Shown here: positions 33,340-34,886 of the stretch, piece after piece
Numbering within the stretch: position 1 is the first letter of the stretch
Layout: each line of letters starts with the position of its first letter
NCBI RefSeq assembly: GCF_001194135.2
Contig: NC_068993.1
Coordinates: 53,975,269-54,010,154, forward strand
Origin: Octopus bimaculoides
Lineage: Eukaryota
Reading direction: 5' to 3'
DNA length: 34,886 nt
The notes under the pieces: generated by a model
What the model was told of the DNA's origin: nothing
Seen by the model: the letters and a program-made list of their open reading frames with translations, nothing else
Databases searched by the model: none
Program-made: the position numbers and the translations under genes

Positions 33340-34195
33340 TACAACTGGTGAATATGATGCATGTGACAAAATATAGCTCCATCTACCACATGACTGACAT
33401 TATACAACAGATTTATATGTACACCAGGTGACAAAATGTAGCACCACCCACACTACATGATAGGTATTACACTACTGATCATGTGATCAAATTTACCTCC
33501 ACCAAATTTACCTCACTCATCATATGATGGACTTTACACTATTAATCTACATGTGTCATGTGACTAAATTTAGTCCCACCCACCATATGATGGACATTAC
33601 ACTACCGATCCACATGTACCATCAAGGCCATTGTAACCGCCTTTGAGGCCCCCAGGCAAGACAATGCACTGGAGCCCCTACACATAAAAGCAAAGCTTAC
33701 AGAAATTACCATTGAGACCCTAGGTCCATGGAGCCCTCAGGTCACTGCCCAGTTTCCCCATGCCTAAAGATGGCACTCTACACATGTGACCAAACTTGAC
33801 TCCACCTACCACATGATGGACATTACATCATTGATCTATATGCATCACTTGATCAAATTTAGTCCCACCCAGCACATGATAAACATTACAAAATGGAGCT
33901 ATATGCATCACATGGCCAAATTTAGTTCCACCCACCTTATTATAAACATTACATTACTGATTGATATGCACCATGTAACCAAATTTAGCTCCACCCACAA
34001 CACGATTGATTTATATGCATCACAGGACAAATTTAGCTCCACCCACTGCAAGATAAATATTACATGATTGATTTATATGCATCACATGGCCAAATTTAGC
34101 TCCACCTACTATATGATAAACATTACATTACTGATCATGTGATCAAATTTAGCCCCACCCACCACATGATAAACATTGCATGATGGAGCTATGAG
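33340..34195. repeat. Degenerate about 63-bp minisatellite (about 10-11 units) interrupted by a GC-richer insert at about 33623-33780
   Basis: The anchor caaatttag.tccaccca recurs at 33791, 33854, 33917, 33980 (63-bp spacing), 34028, 34091 and 34144. More degenerate units lie at 33367-33620. Confidence 0.88.
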
Positions 34196-34886
34196 TAGGA
34201 AATTAACCTGTCTGGAATAATAATAAAGAATCTATCAATTAACCAATTTAAAAATTATAGAATATAATACGAACCCCAACACGTGAGTTTGTTGGCCAAC
34301 TTTGTGTAAACCTGGAAAAGAAATTAAAGTTTAAGTAATTTTCAGTGAATTCTTCAAAAATAGAGTAAGCCATTTAAAAATTAAGCAGTTAAATTAAATA
34401 ATTTATTCTCCTTAATGTTGAAAAATTATAGATGCCTCACAATTTAGATTATCATATTTTTTTTTTCAAATTACTATTTCTATATTATTATCTTTTTATA
34501 AATCTCACATCATATGTGTGTGCGTGTGTGTGTGTGTGTTATATTAGAAGAAAAAGCAAAACCAAGGCAGAACAAGTATCTCAAGTCATTTAGAATAATT
34601 TAATTAGGGAAAGGTGAATTTAAAGTCGTTCACTTTACTCTAGTTAAATTGTTCCAGCATGGCCACAGTCAAATGACTGAAACAAGTATAAGAATGAAAG
34701 AATATTCATTCTGCCTTGATTTTTTTCTCTAATATGATATATATGTGCTATAACGGAACCCTAACATGGATCCCTAGATCCAGCCTTAGCTGTGATCTTG
34801 GAACCTAATGGTCAACCGACTATAGCACTTATTCCTATTCATACCAGTGTACTTATTCGTTTACATCACCAGTGAACTAAACCTCT

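Noticed and set aside
33340-34195. Regularly spaced repeats resembling a CRISPR array
   Set aside because: Whole units are homologous with no unique spacers, there are no cas genes, and the context is eukaryotic.
31937-34886. Search for the next upstream anoctamin exon (TM4, ending in phase 1), including donors near 33025 and 34844
   Set aside because: The frames have stops, the wrong phase or lie in SINE sequence, so the exon lies beyond the window.

Overview
AT-rich, microsatellite-dense eukaryotic genomic scaffold with six N-gaps. The SINE/RTE repertoire and (CAT)n/(GT)n/(TA)n load suggest an octopod cephalopod (inference). The main content is the 3' part of a minus-strand anoctamin/TMEM16 gene. 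Nine exons (31827-31936, 22815-22960, 22158-22365, 18438-18567, 15704-15837, 13753-13833, 12706-12788, 9689-9807, 9467-9588) have canonical AG/GT sites and matching phases at all eight junctions. They join into about 377 aa, from the end of TM4/TM5 to the stop, and the 5' exons lie beyond the window. The protein is atypical: a remodelled TM6-TM8 Ca2+ site, a very short TM9-TM10 loop and a C-terminal -SNL. Facing it tail-to-tail is a putative spliced plus-strand gene of unrecognised family (exons near 2672-2823, 4849-4933, 5393-5441). The rest is introns and intergenic DNA filled with SINEs, RTE LINE remnants, two different Penelope-like fragments, a mariner remnant, two TTAA MITEs, minisatellites and microsatellites. 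Almost all ORF-track entries are repeat or gap artefacts. No prokaryote-type system (CRISPR, operon) is present.
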